A stretch of DNA of 64,000 nt. Origin: Camelus dromedarius. Lineage: Eukaryota. Positions 14,185 to 28,804 of this stretch are shown piece after piece. Both the position numbers and the translations under genes were made by a program. Below the pieces are notes generated by a model, which did no database searches, was not told the DNA's origin, and worked only from the letters and a program-made list of their open reading frames with translations. The DNA lies in NCBI RefSeq assembly GCF_036321535.1, contig NC_087437.1, positions 33,172,001 to 33,236,000 of the forward strand, written 5' to 3'. Position 1 is the first letter of the stretch. The number at the start of each line of letters is the position of its first letter.

Positions 14185-14968
14185 TTTAAAAAATAGACTT
14201 TTTTTAAAGAGTAGTTTTAGATTCACAACAAAATTGAGCAGAAAGTACAGAGAGTTCCCATAAACTCTCTGTCTCTCCCCATCCTCCCAGACGCCCTCAT
14301 TATCAGCGTCCTCCACAGAGCAGTATATTTGTTACAACTGAGGGTTCTACATTGACACATCATCATCACCAGAATTCCAGAGTTTACATTAGGTTTCACT
14401 CTTGGTGTTGTACATTCTGTGGGTTGTAACAGATGTATAATGGCACGTATCCACCATTATAGCATCATACAGAGTACTTTCACTGCTCTAAAAATCCTCA
14501 GTCATCTGCTAATTCATCCCTCCCTACCTCCAACCTCTGGCAATCACTGGCCTTTTTATTGTCTCCATAGTCTTGCCTTTTCTAGAATGTCATGTAGTTG
14601 GAATCATACAGTATATAGGCCTTTCAAATTGACTTCTTTCACTTAGTAATATGCATTTAAGTTTCTTCCCTGTTTTTCCATGGCTTGATAGCTCATTTCT
14701 TTTTAGTACTGAGTAATATTCCATTGTCTGCATGTACCACAGTTTATTTATCCATTCATCTACTGAAGAATATCTTGGTTGCTTCCATGTTTTCACAATT
14801 ATGAACAAAGCTGCTATAAAGATCTGTGTGCAGGATTTTTTGTGGACATAAGTTTTCAAGTCCTTTGGGTAAATACCAAGAAGTGTGATTGCTGGATTGC
14901 AGGTAAGAGTATGTTTAGTTTTGTAAGAAACTGTCCAATTGCCTTCCAGAGTTGCTATATCATTTTGA
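14185..14968 (-). mobile_element. L1MC-like 3' end
   Basis: agttttagattcacaacaaaattgagcagaaagtacagagagttccca; ORF piece FIAALFIIVKTWKQPR. Confidence 0.8.
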
Positions 14969-17900
14969 AGGATCATTGCTTTTCTTAGTGGTTGAATTTT
15001 TTTTTATTACTGATTAGACTTGTTTTTAAATGTTTATAGATCTTTTCACATTTTTTAAATTCTCAAGTGATTTTTAAAAATGTTTTCCAGGAAACTGTCT
15101 ACTGTATCTGATTATTGTCTTATTGTTCATAGCATTCTTTCATGAAATTAAAAAAAATTCCTATATCAATATTTATATTTAATGTTCATATTTAGTATTG
15201 TTGATCTGGACCTCTTTTTATTTATTATTGGCCAGTTTGGGAGAGTTGTATCCACTTTATAGGTCTGTAAAGAGTCAGCTTTTGATTTTATTAAACCTAG
15301 TTAGTTAGCTTTCTTTTTTATTTCATTCACTTCTGTTCTTACACTTATTAGTTTCTTCTTTCTATTTTATTATTATTTTCATAACTTCCTCAACTGAATG
15401 CTTTAGATCATTAATTTTTTATTTTTCTTCTTTTCTGCTATATCTAACTTTTTTCTAAGCTCTGCATTGTTGCATTCCCACATAGAATGGCATCCATTTC
15501 TAAATATTTTGTAATTTTATTCTTTCACTCATGAAATATTTAGAAAACTATTTCTTATTGTCCAAATACATTGATTCATTTAAAAAAATTGTGATTTTTT
15601 TAAATTGTATTTCCTTGGGGTTAGAAAACTTGATGTCTGTGGTATTGAGTTTCTGTATTTACTGAGATTCCTTTTGTGGTTGGTCAGTGGTCAAGTTTTG
15701 TAAATGTTCAACTTTATAAATGTTTCAAGTATGACAGAAAAAAATTATGTCCCTAACATTGGTCACATGGTTGGGTTATCTCAAATTTTTGAAACTCTAA
15801 TTCTTTTCTGGTATCCTTACTGTGTAGTCTGCTTTTTCTTAAATCAAAGGGCTTTTTGGGTCCCAGACTAACTCTCAGTTTAATTTTTTGGATCTGGATT
15901 CCTGTGCTCTTGGGATAATGTAAATGTGACTCCCACTCTTGTGAGTGAAATAGGCCTGGGGATTTGATTTCACATCAAGAGTTACTCTTTTTCATCCATG
16001 CAGCAGGCAGATGACAAACTCCCTGGATGCCCATAGTCCTGGGGGAAACACTTACATTATGTGCATAGTTTGCTAACTATCTTGTTATGGAAGGGTTCAC
16101 AGAGACTTAGTTACAAAACTTGTGCAGCATTTATTAGAAACTCGAGAGGTGAATGAACACTTGGATGGATGATACAGAAGTGCCAGTTATAAGGGAAAAA
16201 ATATATATATAACAGCATAAGCTCAGGTTGTCATTGTAGAGTTTAACCTAGCTCCACTTCCAGTACTACTTTCATAGAAGTACCTGAATCATATATAATA
16301 TTTTTAAAATTCTATCAAACTGGCTTCAGTTACTAACTAGGCTGCTCAGCTTTCTTAGCTAACTCATTCTGTACTTAAGAAATTAGGAACTAAACTAAAA
16401 GGAATTATTGTCAGTTTGTGCCACTGTCTACAGAAACTGAGATTAGCTATGACTAAGACAGATTTGCTGTGCACCAGCAGTTTGAGAATTTTCCTTCTGC
16501 TTTTACAAAATATAGATTTTATAATGTGTGGGACAGGGACTTCCCAATTTTCTCTACTATGCCATTACCACATGCTACCGAGCTGACTGCAGTTTATTTG
16601 GATCCGCCATCCCTAGAGGCAAGGCCACTGAAGACATTAGTAGACACTAGTTTGATAATATAATCACTGAATAAGGACACCTAAGTAAGTAAAGTGTGAT
16701 GTATTTGGAGGAAGTAGGCCTGGGGTGAGATAAAGTGTTTTTTATGCCTAAAAACAAGATTGCCCTTTGAATTCTTGATGAAGGCAAGACATCTTAAATG
16801 ATTGAATCATTTGACAATATTTAGTAGATGTACCTTTAATTTATGTAAACCCACCACAGTTCTGACCTCAGTTACTTTTGACTCATTAATTTTTCTCAGG
16901 CTGTGAAAGCGTGTGTATCCCAGTCTTCTGAGCTGACTCAGCCCCGGCCTCGGCCAGCCCATCTTCCTCCTCTGACTCAAAACAGCACCCTGGGCCTTCT
17001 ATAAACATTTCTATCAATAAAGCCAATCCTTGAAACCATTATTTTAATTATTTGACAGGCAGGATTCTTTTTTGTTTATAATAACCCCCAGCTTGAATCA
17101 TAACACTGTATATATCATAGGTGCTCCATAAACTGGCTGGTTCAGAAAGAAGTAACTCTACTAATGGTCTATAACATCTTTTGAATATTTGCTCTATGTC
17201 AGGTGCTAGGATAAGAGCTTTAAGTGGGCTCTTATTTGATGACCAAGCCAATTTTGTAAGGAGGGGAGCAGGTGGTTTACTCTGAAATTAAGAACTCAGC
17301 AGCATTTGAATCCTCACTAACTGATGCTCTGCTGGCTTGCACTGTCCAGGTTATTTCTTTTGTTGTTTGCTTATACTCTACTCTTTAGCCCGACCTTGAC
17401 CTTGAAGTCTAAGGTAATTTGATTGCCTTGAGAGAATAGTTCTTGAAGGTATAAAAATAATTTTTAAAAGAACTCTTTCTCATTTTGATGCAATCACAGG
17501 GAACTTCTTTTCTTCCCTTCTTCATTGGCAGTGTGTCCAGAAGGGCAGGACATACTTAGATCACCTTATAACATGTAACAGAGGATGGAGAAGGAAAGAA
17601 GACAAGTCCTAAGCTATAAGGGAGGACTGATTCATTGAATAACTGGACAGAGGACCAGAACTATAGCTTCTGTTTCGGAGTGTTGCGTAATGGCGAGAAT
17701 ATGAGTTTGGGGATTAGACTAGGTTTGAAATAACATCTGCTGCTTACTGACGATGTCACTCTGGACACATTACAGAAGCTCTCTCAGCCTCAGTTGAGGA
17801 AAGAGTTAGAAAAGAAAAAAAATGATAGTGAATGAAATCTTGTACTTAAGGAAAGTAGGTTTCAACAATATGTTAAATCAGAGCATTTATTGTGAACGAA

Positions 17901-18397
17901 AGCCCTTAAAGGCGACACTTGACTCTCTAGCACTGCTAATGATGGAGAAAATCAGTGGGGCACCTTCCTTCACACTCACTCTCTTGTGTGCCCTCTCTGC
18001 CCTGGACTGGGATCTACAGGGAAATGGGACTCCCAGAGGACAGCTGAGTCCATGTTTGAGGCAGAGAAAATCTCAAGATATATCTAGAACAAAGCAAGAA
18101 TGATTTCCAGGACTTCAGGAGCCATGCTGAAAGGACACAGGAGTTGATCTAGAGAGGTTTCCGCCTGCCTTTGGCCATATGAATGTCACAAAGAAATTGA
18201 TGACTATAGTTAGTTGGAATTTTTGAATTTGTAAAAAGTTAATAACATTTAAAAGAAAAATTAATATAGATTAAGATATGAGTGAGCCTTTTTTGTATAT
18301 GGGATAGAAATATACATACTGACTACACCCTGTGCTGGAGTGGTGGGGAATGAACCCAAATATTACATTTATGAAGGATGGGACAGCACTCTACCAT

Positions 18398-18965
18398 TTA
18401 TTCATTCATCAAGCATTTACTGAGAGCCTGTGAGGTAGCTGTGCCAGGCATTTGGAAACAACATGGAGAGCTAAACAGACATGGACCTTGCCCTTACGGA
18501 GATCACAGCTTAAGTGGAGAGGGAAGATGATCATCAAATAATCATGCACGTGACTGCATAACTGCATATGGTGATAAACTCTTGAGGGAAAGATACTGGT
18601 GCTGGGAGTGGTAAACTAGTCTGGGGCAGGAAGTTTAAGGAAGAAAAGACCTTTAAGAAGGGATCTGAAGTGTGAGACAAGGCAGAGGGGACGGGAAGGA
18701 GGAGAGGTCCTGGCAGAGGGAACAGCAGGTCCAGAGCTCTGTGGCAGCAAAGTGTCCTCATGGAAAGCTTGAGGAACTTACAGGAGGCCAGTGTGCGAGA
18801 GCAGGAAGTGGACGATGATGGTGGGGAAGTGGGCCTAAAGACCCTATAAGGATGTGGTCTTTGTTCTAAGATGGACGTGAGGCCTGAATGTTTAAGCAGA
18901 GGCCTGACATGCTCAGAGGTGTCTGGAAAGGGTCACTCTGGCTGCCCTGCTGTGAACACATGGGA
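18398..18965 (-). mobile_element. L2 LINE 3' fragment
   Basis: ttcattcatcaagcatttactgag...tgtgccaggca...ggcagagggaacagca. Confidence 0.75.
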
Positions 18966-19884
18966 ACGCACAAGCGGATGCTGGAAGCTCAGTGAGGAGG
19001 GTGGGACTGTAACACACACTCGGTGTTGGTTTTTCCTTCCTCCAAGTCTGCCCAGCAGGACCTCAGGTTACAAGATATTTGTAGCAGTGACTTTTCTCGG
19101 CAACTTGGTGCCCCAGGCCTCTGGTGGGGCTTTGAGTAGCTTCTAAAGTTTCAAAAGCACCCCAGGAGGACTAAATATTGTTGTTATTGACTCAAGGGGC
19201 CTGAGGCCTCCTAACCATGTCCTGCTATACCCCGCATCCTTTTTGGTGCTGTCCTGTTGAGTTCTCTCCAACCCCACCCCCACTTCACCTGAGGTCACGA
19301 TCCTACAGAGCATGAGGGGGTATGGCTGTGGGCCACACCTTGAGCAGTCTTAATACTTAATAAAACTCACTTCTGTTTTCCTCCTCACTGACCTGCATAA
19401 CTTTTACTTACCTCATTTGGGGATTAAATATGAATTTTGAGGCAATGTAACTGCCTCAAAATTCCATGTAAATTGATATGCTGTCTTTCAGATCTTACTG
19501 GAAGTAAAGTTATTTTTCTCTGGTGGAAATATTTAGTGGAACTATTACATTTTTTTGTAGTGTTAATTCTTCATTGCAAAATAATAAATGGTACCAACAA
19601 AATAATACGGTATTAACCTTTTGGAAATTAAAGCTAGTTTTAAGGAATCTGAGTAAGATTTAGGACTACAGGTATCACTACATCTTAGGTGCAGCAATCA
19701 AAATAGTTTATTTTGGGGCAAATTGTAGTTAAAGAGTACTGTGTTCTTCCCTTACTTAGAGAGAGATTCTTATCCTATCAAAAGAGACCAAATCCTCTCT
19801 GCCCATCATTTTGGAGTCTGTGGTCAGTTCTGTGGTCCATTTCAGGTGGACATAAACTAGAGTATTTTTAAAAAGTGCCAGTAG

Positions 19885-20605
19885 AAAGACCTCACACCCA
19901 TCAGGATGACTACCATCAAAGAAGACAGAAAACAACAGGTATTGGTGAGGATGTGAAGAAACTGGAACACTTGCACACTGCTGGCAGGAGAGGAAAATGG
20001 CACAGCAACTACGGAAAACAGTACGGAGGTTCCTCAAAAAATTAAAAATAAAATTACCATATGACCCAGCAATGCCACTTCTGGTACACACCCAAAAGAA
20101 TTAAAAGCTAGGTCTTGAAGAGAGATTCGCACAGCCATGTTCATAGCAGCACTATTCACAATAGTTAAAAAGCGGAAGCAACCCAAGTGTCCACCAATGG
20201 AAGAATGGATAAGTAAAATGTGGTTATACATACAATGGGATGTTATTCAGTCTTCAAGAGTAAAGAAATTCTGCAATATGCTACAACATTGATGAACCTT
20301 GAGGTCATGCTACGTGAAATAAAAGGCAAATACTGTATGAGTCCACTTTTACGGAGGAGTCAAAATCACGAAGATGGAGAGTATAATGGTGGTTGCCAGG
20401 GGCTGGGGAGGGGAGAATTGGAAGTTATTATTTAATTAGTATAATGTCAGTTTTACAAGATGAAAAGAGTTACGGGGGTGGATGTGGTGATGGCTGCACA
20501 ACAAGGTGAATATATTTAATATCACTGAATTGTACACTTAAAAATGGTTAAGATGGTAAATTTTTATCTTGTGTATATTTTAACACAATAAAAAAAGAAA
20601 AAATA
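19885..20605 (+). mobile_element. L1MA/MB-like 3' end
   Basis: accatatgacccagcaat...tgtacacttaaaaatggttaagatggtaaatttt...cacaataaaaaa. Confidence 0.85.
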
Positions 20606-21149
20606 CACAGTCAAACATAGCTTTGTCTTATAAAATAAAAAGCAACAAATATATTCATTTTCAACAACAACAAAAAATCGTCAGCAGAATGGTTAAAGAA
20701 AAGTAAACCATTTCATTCCTTCTTGTACCAGAGACAGAGCCTGGAAATTCTAGGAAGGAAAACCCCAGCTGCTGGACACAGGGGTCCCTCCCTGGGACTT
20801 TCATGGCTCAGCTTCCCTCCTGGCCCTTAGGAGAGGGGCCCCTGTTCAGCTGGCAGGAGGTTCATCTCCGCTCCTAGGCCTCTTGACCATAAAAGCCTCC
20901 AGTCACACCCTCTGTCAGGTTCTACTGCCTGGTATCACATCTCAAAGTCCACAGCAGAAGGGGTTCTCTCTCAGACCACAAGCTGGGCTGTGTCCATCTG
21001 TGGTTGGCCTGAGCATATCTTTCTTGAACGGCACGTGGCTTGGGAATGACATGCATTCTCTTGCTGACCCTCCTCTATTCACTTACACTGTACCATGTGA
21101 CACGGTGGGGTTTGCACCAGCCCTTTCCTTGACAGCAGTATAAACTCTG

Positions 21150-21368
21150 GGGCAGCACTGACCAGTACTGACCACTGTGATGATGGAAATGTTCTCTAAT
21201 ATCTGTGCTGTCTAATATGGTAGCCACTAGCCATATGTGGCCATTGAGCACCTGAAAGTTGGCAATTGTGACTGAGGAACTTAATTTTAAATTCTATTCA
21301 ATAGTAATTAACTTAAATTTCAATCAGTAAATGCAGCCAGGGACTGCTTTATTAGAGATTGCTGCTCT
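21150..21368. mobile_element. MER3-like hAT-Charlie element
   Basis: gatgatggaaatgttct...tgtctaatatggtagccactagccatatgtggccattgagcac. Confidence 0.75.
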
Positions 21369-21734
21369 AGAGCCTCCACCAGAATGGGTGTGTTAGCTAG
21401 GTCTTGGTTAAACCCTAGACTTGGAATGTTAATGTGACCTTCTTGGAATGTGCTCTGAATCTTCAGCTGGAGAGCTATTAAAAACTGGCTGTATCACTTT
21501 TAAACCAACTGACGAATCCAGCAACTAACTAGTCCACTCCCTTCTAGTGACCCCACAGCTTCCTCCAGGTACCACTTCTCCTTCCCTTCACAGACAGGGT
21601 CTTTTTTTTGTTTTTAATCATTTTCCATAATCACTGTACATTTCCTCATTCCTGCTCACTCCTCAGTCTCTGCTGTCTGGCTTCCTGTCAGGCTGCTCTC
21701 AAAGCAGCTTCTCCCATCAAAGTCACCACTACTG

Positions 21735-22112
21735 CTGAGTTAGTCTTTGAGGGCTGCCACCACAAAGTACCACAGACTGGTGGCATTTTATTTTCTCACA
21801 GTTCTGGCAGTTGGAAGTCTGAGATCAAGGATGGATGAGATCAAAGATGGATGGTTTCTTCCGAGGCCTCTCTTCTTGGCTCACAGACGGCTGCCTTCTC
21901 CCTGTGTCTTCATATGGTCTTCCCTCTCTGTGTGGTCTGTGTCCTAACATCTTTTTATAAGGACACTAGTCATGCTGGATTAGGGTCCACCCATATGTCC
22001 TCATTTTAACTTAATTACTTCTTTAAAATCTCAATTTCCAAATATAGTCACATTCTGAAGCACTGAGGTTAATACATTAACATATGAATGGAGGCACAAT
22101 TCAACTCAAAAC
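21735..22112 (-). mobile_element. MaLR LTR (MLT1A/C-like) nested in L2
   Basis: gggctgccaccacaaagtaccacagactgg...ttctcacagttctgg...ataaggacactagtcat...cacaattcaac. Confidence 0.8.
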
Positions 22113-23222
22113 ACCTGCTTTGCTGCTAAATCCAACACAATTTTTCCACCCTTATCTTGCTTAATCCTTCAGCATCACTGGACAGTGATGTCCACCCTGA
22201 CCTACAGCTCTCTCCTCTCTTGCTTCCCTGACTCTGCACTCCTGGGTTTTCTCCTTCCTTGCTGGCTGCTTCCTCTTAATCTATGCCACAGACTTCTCTT
22301 CCTTTGTCTTGCCTTTAAATGTTGGGGCTCCTTGAGGCTTTGTCCTTGTCTTCTCTTCTACACACTCTCATCCACCTCCATGGTTTTTGTTACCATCTTT
22401 GTGCTGATGCTACCCAAATCCCTGTCTTCAGTCCAGATTCTCAGCTGAGCTCTAGATTCAAATATGCACGTTTATCTATGCTTGGATTTCCTTCAGGTAA
22501 CTCAAATTCAATGGGTTAAAACTGAATCAGTTATCTTCCCACCTTCTCCAAGCCTGTGCTTCCTCTGTGAGCTCCAGCTCAGGGAATGGCACCTTCATTC
22601 ACACACCTGCTCCTTCTAGAAGCCTACAGCTTCATCTGACTTCTCCCCTTCTCTATCCACCATATCCTTTCCCCTCCCACCTGTTTCCTAAAAGACTCTT
22701 AAATCCTGCTGCTTTTCTTCATCTCCACTGCCACTGTGCTGGTTCAGATCACCACTTGGCATTTCTAAAATGCAAATTATGATTATGCCCCCCTTGCCCC
22801 CTCTACTTAAAATACTTCAGTGACTTCTCATTTATCTGAGGATAAAGCCCAAACTTCCTAACATGATGCCTCTGTGGTCTGCCCTCTGCTTCTCTCACCC
22901 TCCCTCATCTGCATCTGCCTGTACCCCATGCATTCTGTTCCAGGTTTAGTCCAAATACATCCCAGCATCTCTCATCCATGGGCCTTAACACATGCTTTTC
23001 CTTTCCTGGGAACCCTCTCCTTGCCCACATGACTTGCACTGTTTTCAGCTCTTGGAGGCCATTCTCTGTGGCTGTCTGGGTCACATGTCCCTTTATGTGG
23101 CTTCATAGGACTCTCTAACTTCCAGCTCCTCCACGAGACTGTAAGTTCCTTGAAAGCAGAGATGTGTCTGTCTTGTTTACCACTGACACACAGCAGGTGC
23201 TCAGCTCCCACAACAGAATGAA
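22113..23222 (+). mobile_element. L2 LINE fragment
   Basis: Pyrimidine-rich L2 text ending gactgtaagttccttgaaagcagaga...gaatgaa. Confidence 0.7.
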
Positions 23223-26200
23223 GCATGGCTGGGACAGGGCTTATGGTGACCTTCTTCCTGTGACGGCTAAGGTGAGAACTGCTTTCTGCCTACACAGATT
23301 TTCCTACATCATAAACTATGCTAGAGGCTTGTGTGGTTCATAGAATATGGCATCTGGAGCCCTGTCCTCTTGGAGCTGGCCTCACAAAGGAAAGTATTTG
23401 AAAAGAGTCAGGAGAGAGCCCTTTTCCTCTACACTTGAGACAAAGAACCACTAGATTAATCAGCATACGTGGGCTCCCAGGCCAAAATAGGTAGAATCTA
23501 CGAAGCTCACAGGATGGACAAGTGGATTTGAAGAGAACACAAAACAGAACTCCCCAACACTCTCTCATACTGTGGTAGGATTAGCTTATGGCCATCAGAT
23601 GTAAGGTTTTTATTTGTCATTCATCTAAAATATTTATAAGGGACTTCTCTATGCCAGGCTCTGTTCTGGATGCAGAGAGTTAGAACAGGGTGCTCCAACA
23701 CACACACAAACAACCAGATCCCTAGAAGTGACCATCCCACAGAGTTCAAGAGCCTTTTAAGACTGCAGTTATCTTATTTCCAAAAGTCAGGGATGTTTAA
23801 ATGGTAAGGGCATGCATTTTGCTAAGATGGAGTATTTACAAAACTGAGAATATTGCTCTTCTGGGTATTTTAACAAGAGTAAATAAAAGCAAAGTAACTG
23901 GAGCTAAAGAAATAAAGACACTATATTTCGAAGCCTGAACAGTGCAGCGTGAGACCAAGAATTCTCCTCCACTGGGATATTCCTCCTAGAAGAGGAAGGG
24001 GCTGCTCTGGTGTGAACTGGTGTGGCTGGCATTGGATCTGGTGATTTCCTGAGGACACAGGAGTGGTGACACAGAATTCCAGAATTAGAAAACACCAAAA
24101 GAAGGGGCCCAGACCAGGGAGAGTTCTCTTAGCTACTTCTGGTTACGGTTTGATCACGGTTCCAGTGGGAGGAAATACCCAAATGGGGGAAATCAGCTCA
24201 CATCTACAGTCAAGGATGAGCGGAGCAGGCCGCCGGCTAGCACTCCTCCCACTGCCCTCCTGGCAGGAAGGAAAAAGACTGGCGAGATTTCAACACCAGA
24301 GGAAATGTTATTTCTCTGCCTTGGAGTGAAAATGCTAAGGTAAACATGAGAATGCTTGCGGGGAGCCAACCAAATTTGCAGTTTGTTGACTTTTGCCTTC
24401 CTGTCTTCCCATCCTCAGTGTGAACGAAATACTTTGGAGAAAGCCCTAGGGACTCTGCAGCTTGTGTACCCACCCGCCGTCTGCACCAGCCGTTCAACTG
24501 TCAGTGGCCTTTAAGTTTACATTTCCCTTTGTTCACATTTTGCCTCCCCAAACAGATGGTAATACATTTGAAGGCAGGAGTGTCCCTTGCACATTAGAGA
24601 TGCCCACTTCGTATACATCAAAACACACTCGAGGCCATTAATTCTCTGAGCGAGTCAGAAAGAAGTGCTAGAGGCCAATAATGTAGGCCCTAACATTTGA
24701 AGCATTCATGGTGTATGAAAAATAGTGGGGTTTTCTTTCGTTGTTCATTCATTCATTCGTTCATTCAAACCTTCACTGAGTGCCTGTATGCTGGGTGAAG
24801 CCACTGTTGGGTCTTCATGTTGACAAGAGACATAGATGCCAGACTGACACCCCCACCCACCCATGTGGCTCTGGCGCCTTCCCTATTTGTTATGATGCTT
24901 TTGGAAAAGGATGAAACCAAGTTCAAATGAAGTTCATTGTGGGTGCTTGTGTGTTTCCTTAGAGCTTACACTTGGCAACCCTCAAGGGAGGACTTTGGCT
25001 GAACTCAGTGAAGGAAGGGGAAAGAATCACAAAAGTCTGGGATTTGTTGACCAGAAAAAATTGCCTATGGTCTGACAGATGACCATTTCCCACGTGGCCT
25101 TCCGCATCAGAGAAACAAGTCTCACTTTCCACTAGCCACTGCTTCTTCTGGATATTTCCTCCATGTATCTAAATCACATGCTTCAATATTGATTTTTCAG
25201 ATTTAAACTTCTGACTTCCTCCTAAGAAAGACGAGGATTTGGCACTCTTGTTCTGCCCGTATTTCCAATATAATCATACCATAATTTTTGGTTAAGTCAA
25301 CATTCAATGTTAACACTGTGGTGATTACTGTAAATATTTTCTCCCTGCTAAGTGTTCACTGATAATGTTTCCTTTGTTATGCAACTTTTTCTCTCTCTGG
25401 GGTTCAAAATTATCTTATGTTTTGATTTATAACTATCCCTAAAGCTCCTCCAACTTTTTGCCAGAACTGTTAATCTCTTAACGAGTCCAAACGTGTCAGG
25501 TAATCTGTTGCTTTTTTATCTTTAACACACTCTCTCCGGAGCCCACCGGCTTCCTGCTCCGATGTGTCATCCAACTCTGCTGTGTTGAATCCCTGCTTCC
25601 TAAATTCTGTCTCTTCTCTTTTCCTGGTTTACTGCCTCATTTTGGTGGAGCGCATCCTCCAGTAGCTTCCCAATAAAGCATGCTTAAATTCTATTGAACT
25701 TTTCCCCAGTTTTTAAAAATGTTTTAAAACTGAGAACTCATCTTTGTTCTATGAATAGTCTTTTGTTCGTTGGTGCAATTATCTTCTACTACCTTTCTGA
25801 AGATATTAATTATGCTTTTCCTAAAAGTTTACTCTGTGCTTGGTTTCCCCTGTATTTCTATTCGATTAGGATTCCTAATAATCATTGTCTATAAGTCTTT
25901 CTTTTGAGCTCAGTAATCCTAGAGAGGAATTTCCAACCTGCTAACCCAGATGTCTAAGCTGGGCCGCCAGGATTCTCAGATGCAACAGAAAAAAAGTTGC
26001 TGGTGGTTCTCACCGTTCATTCAGCATGCTAACCTGCCCTTAATCTCCTTCTCTGGTATGTTTTCTGTTGGATGAAGCAGATGCCTGGCTGGTGGGGTGA
26101 AGAAGTGATCTAGGATCCCCTTGCATTTAGTACAGCCTCTTAACCAACATCCCACCTCCTGAGAGGTTCCTGGTACCTCCAATCCTGTGCCTTTCAAAGG

Positions 26201-28534
26201 CTCTATGGGGCCAGTCTGTTAGCTTCCTACCTCCTCTCTGCAACTCATGCCTGGTCTCTAAGTCACTCCTCACTTGCTATCTGTTTTCCAGTTTCCAGCA
26301 TTTTGTTCACATCTCTCTCTCTCCATTCTTATTGCCTTTTCTTTTAGCTTTGTCCTTGAGGATTTTGTTCCCTTTAACAAAATCTTTATATTGTAGTGAG
26401 GTTTCAAGAGAGAATGGAGGTAAAAGAGGGTGTTTAATCCACCATGTTTACTTGGATGGTTACCACATCTTTCTTCAATGGAATAAAAGAAGTACTCAAA
26501 ATAGATTCTGTGGAAATTCCACCTAGTTTGAGAAAGTTGTGAAATCACCACATCTCGGGGCCCAGTGCACAACCCTCACTGAGCTGTCTTCCATGTAAAA
26601 GGTGAATAATTACTGATGGTTGACTATTTGAGTGAATAAATGAATCAGGTGTTCATTGGTAGGGCTGTTGCCTCCTTTGGAAGCTAAAGGACTCTAGAAA
26701 CTCAGAAGCGGGGAGAGCACAGTTGGTTCAGTGAGCTTAGGAACAGCAGCTGCACATATGGTTAGATCACCTGGAAAACGTCTAGAATTATAGACCCCTG
26801 AAGATCATTCCAGAACTAACTGAATCCTGTTCTCAGGAACTGGGTCCTGAGGAACCTATGTTTTAATGAAACAACTGCCAACCTCTAGCCATCTTGTTAC
26901 ATGAGAAAAATAAACCTCCAGTGTTTAAGTTATTGCTAATCAGATTTTTTTTTATTGCTTGCAACTGAAAGCATTCCTAACAGATATGCAGGGCTCTTGA
27001 GCATCCTGAAACATGGAAATGGGGAGGGTGTCCAATCAGGGGCGTGTGGAAAGGGCTTAGCAAACATGTCCAGGGATACGCAGCCAGCTGAAAGCTGTTC
27101 AGATGGAACAGTGGTGATGAGGAGCCCTCGCAGGTGCTCCCCATGTTCCCAATGCTGACCTGCTCCTCCCCTCGCCCAGCCCAGCACACCTGCTCTCATC
27201 TCCCTGGGAGGCACTGGGGGGTGGTTGTCTGGCAATTCCTCCAGTCTCTCTCCTTGTTCCATGTTCCTTCATGTGCTGCGTGCCCTAAGCCTCACTTTTT
27301 GCTTCTTTAAAGCTGTTTTGGAGTCACAAAGCTCAGCACTGATTATTTTTGGCTCTTTCAATCCCTCTCTGTCAACTTTACCCTTCCATGAGGTCACTTG
27401 GTCGCTGTACAAGGAAGCAGGGAAAGAAAAATCCACAGACTAATTATCTCAATATCTTGCCATCTTTGTTAATAACAACCTGCCCATTGTTGCATTCACC
27501 CACCTAACCCTACCCTCAGCCAGAGAGGCTGGGTTTACTTCCTGAATCCATGGAGGTTGATTATGCGGGATCCTGCAGAGATGGCAGAAACACGGGGAGT
27601 TCTGGGGAGAGGCCAGTGGCTGGGACCTAGAGGAGTTCTCCAAGGAATAACAAAGAGTAAGGGGGTCTTTTTTACTGGAGGGAGAGGAAGTGGATGAACT
27701 CCAGGGCCAAAGCCCTGTATTAGGGAGGCACCCCAAAAGGATGAGGGGAGAGGGGACACCCCAAAAGGTCGATGCACATCTTCTGAAGGTTAAATGTAGC
27801 AGAATAACTTCCTGTTCCTAGAGAAAGGGATTCTATGCAGAGATTAGGACCTATGACCTGAAACTTCGCCCTGAGTGGGCAGCGTGTGTTACGATGGCAG
27901 GCACGAGGTGACACTGAAGACATGGTGGAGAGAGTTAAATGATCCTCATGAAACAACAGCTCTTGGGGCAGAAATTAGTGATGACATGGGGAACCGATTG
28001 GTGAGCTCCCTGCTGGGGAGAATCTTCTACATATTTACGATTCTTTGGACCATAATCCTGGAGCACTTCACTGTTGTAAGTATCTGAGGAGGGCTCCTGA
28101 GGGACCAGGTACCAAGATGCAGCTGCAGGTTATATCTATGCTTTGATCACAAGACTAGGAGCTAGAGGACACTGCTAGGAGGCAGGACTGGGCCCTGGTG
28201 ATCTGCTGACATTGATTAGAATTCATTTAGAAAAATGCAGAGAGAATACAAGTCTCACTTTAGTATGTAACATACACATAGCGTTTTACTTGAAGTGCCC
28301 TGAGATGTTTTCTAGAGGTCTCACTGAGCAAGAGATCTAGTGGGATGGATGCAGCTCACTGTCCAGCTGCACACCCCCCCACCTTTCGCTATCCCCGACT
28401 ATCCCTGAAGCCGCTTCAAGCCAACCAGTGCCTGAGGAAATCAGGTGCTTTGTGATAATGAACTCAGAATTAGAAGTGACTCACTCTCCAGATCAGTTTT
28501 GAACTTGATCAATGACTTCCCTCAATGAATTTTA

Positions 28535-28760
28535 TTTTATTTAACTTTTTTTTTTGCATTTTAAAAACTTTATTTATTTTACAATATCATTTTTAAGTTG
28601 AATTATAGTTGTACAATATTATATGTTACAGGTATACAACACAGTGATTCACAATTTTAAAAGATTATACTCCATTTATAGTTACTATAAAATATTGGCT
28701 ATATCCCCCCTGTTGTACAACACATCCTTGTAGTTTATTTTATATCTGATAGTTTGTGTC
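28535..28760 (-). mobile_element. Older L1 3'-UTR fragment lying inside the target-site duplication of the adjacent young L1
   Basis: aggtatacaacacagtgattcacaatttt...ttatactccatttatagtta...atattggctatatcc is an older L1 3' end. Confidence 0.7.
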
Positions 28761-28804
28761 ATGTGCATTTTTAATGTCCAGGAAGCACAAACTCTTGTGT
28801 GTTC

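Larger units (their letters stand above)
12200..15830 (-). mobile_element. Ancient L1M ORF2 remnant, interrupted by an LTR and a younger L1 3' end
   Basis: T-rich antisense ORF2-like text (ggaatcacattgcattt...ccagttgtcccagcatca...ttcccttctattcctac). Confidence 0.7.
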
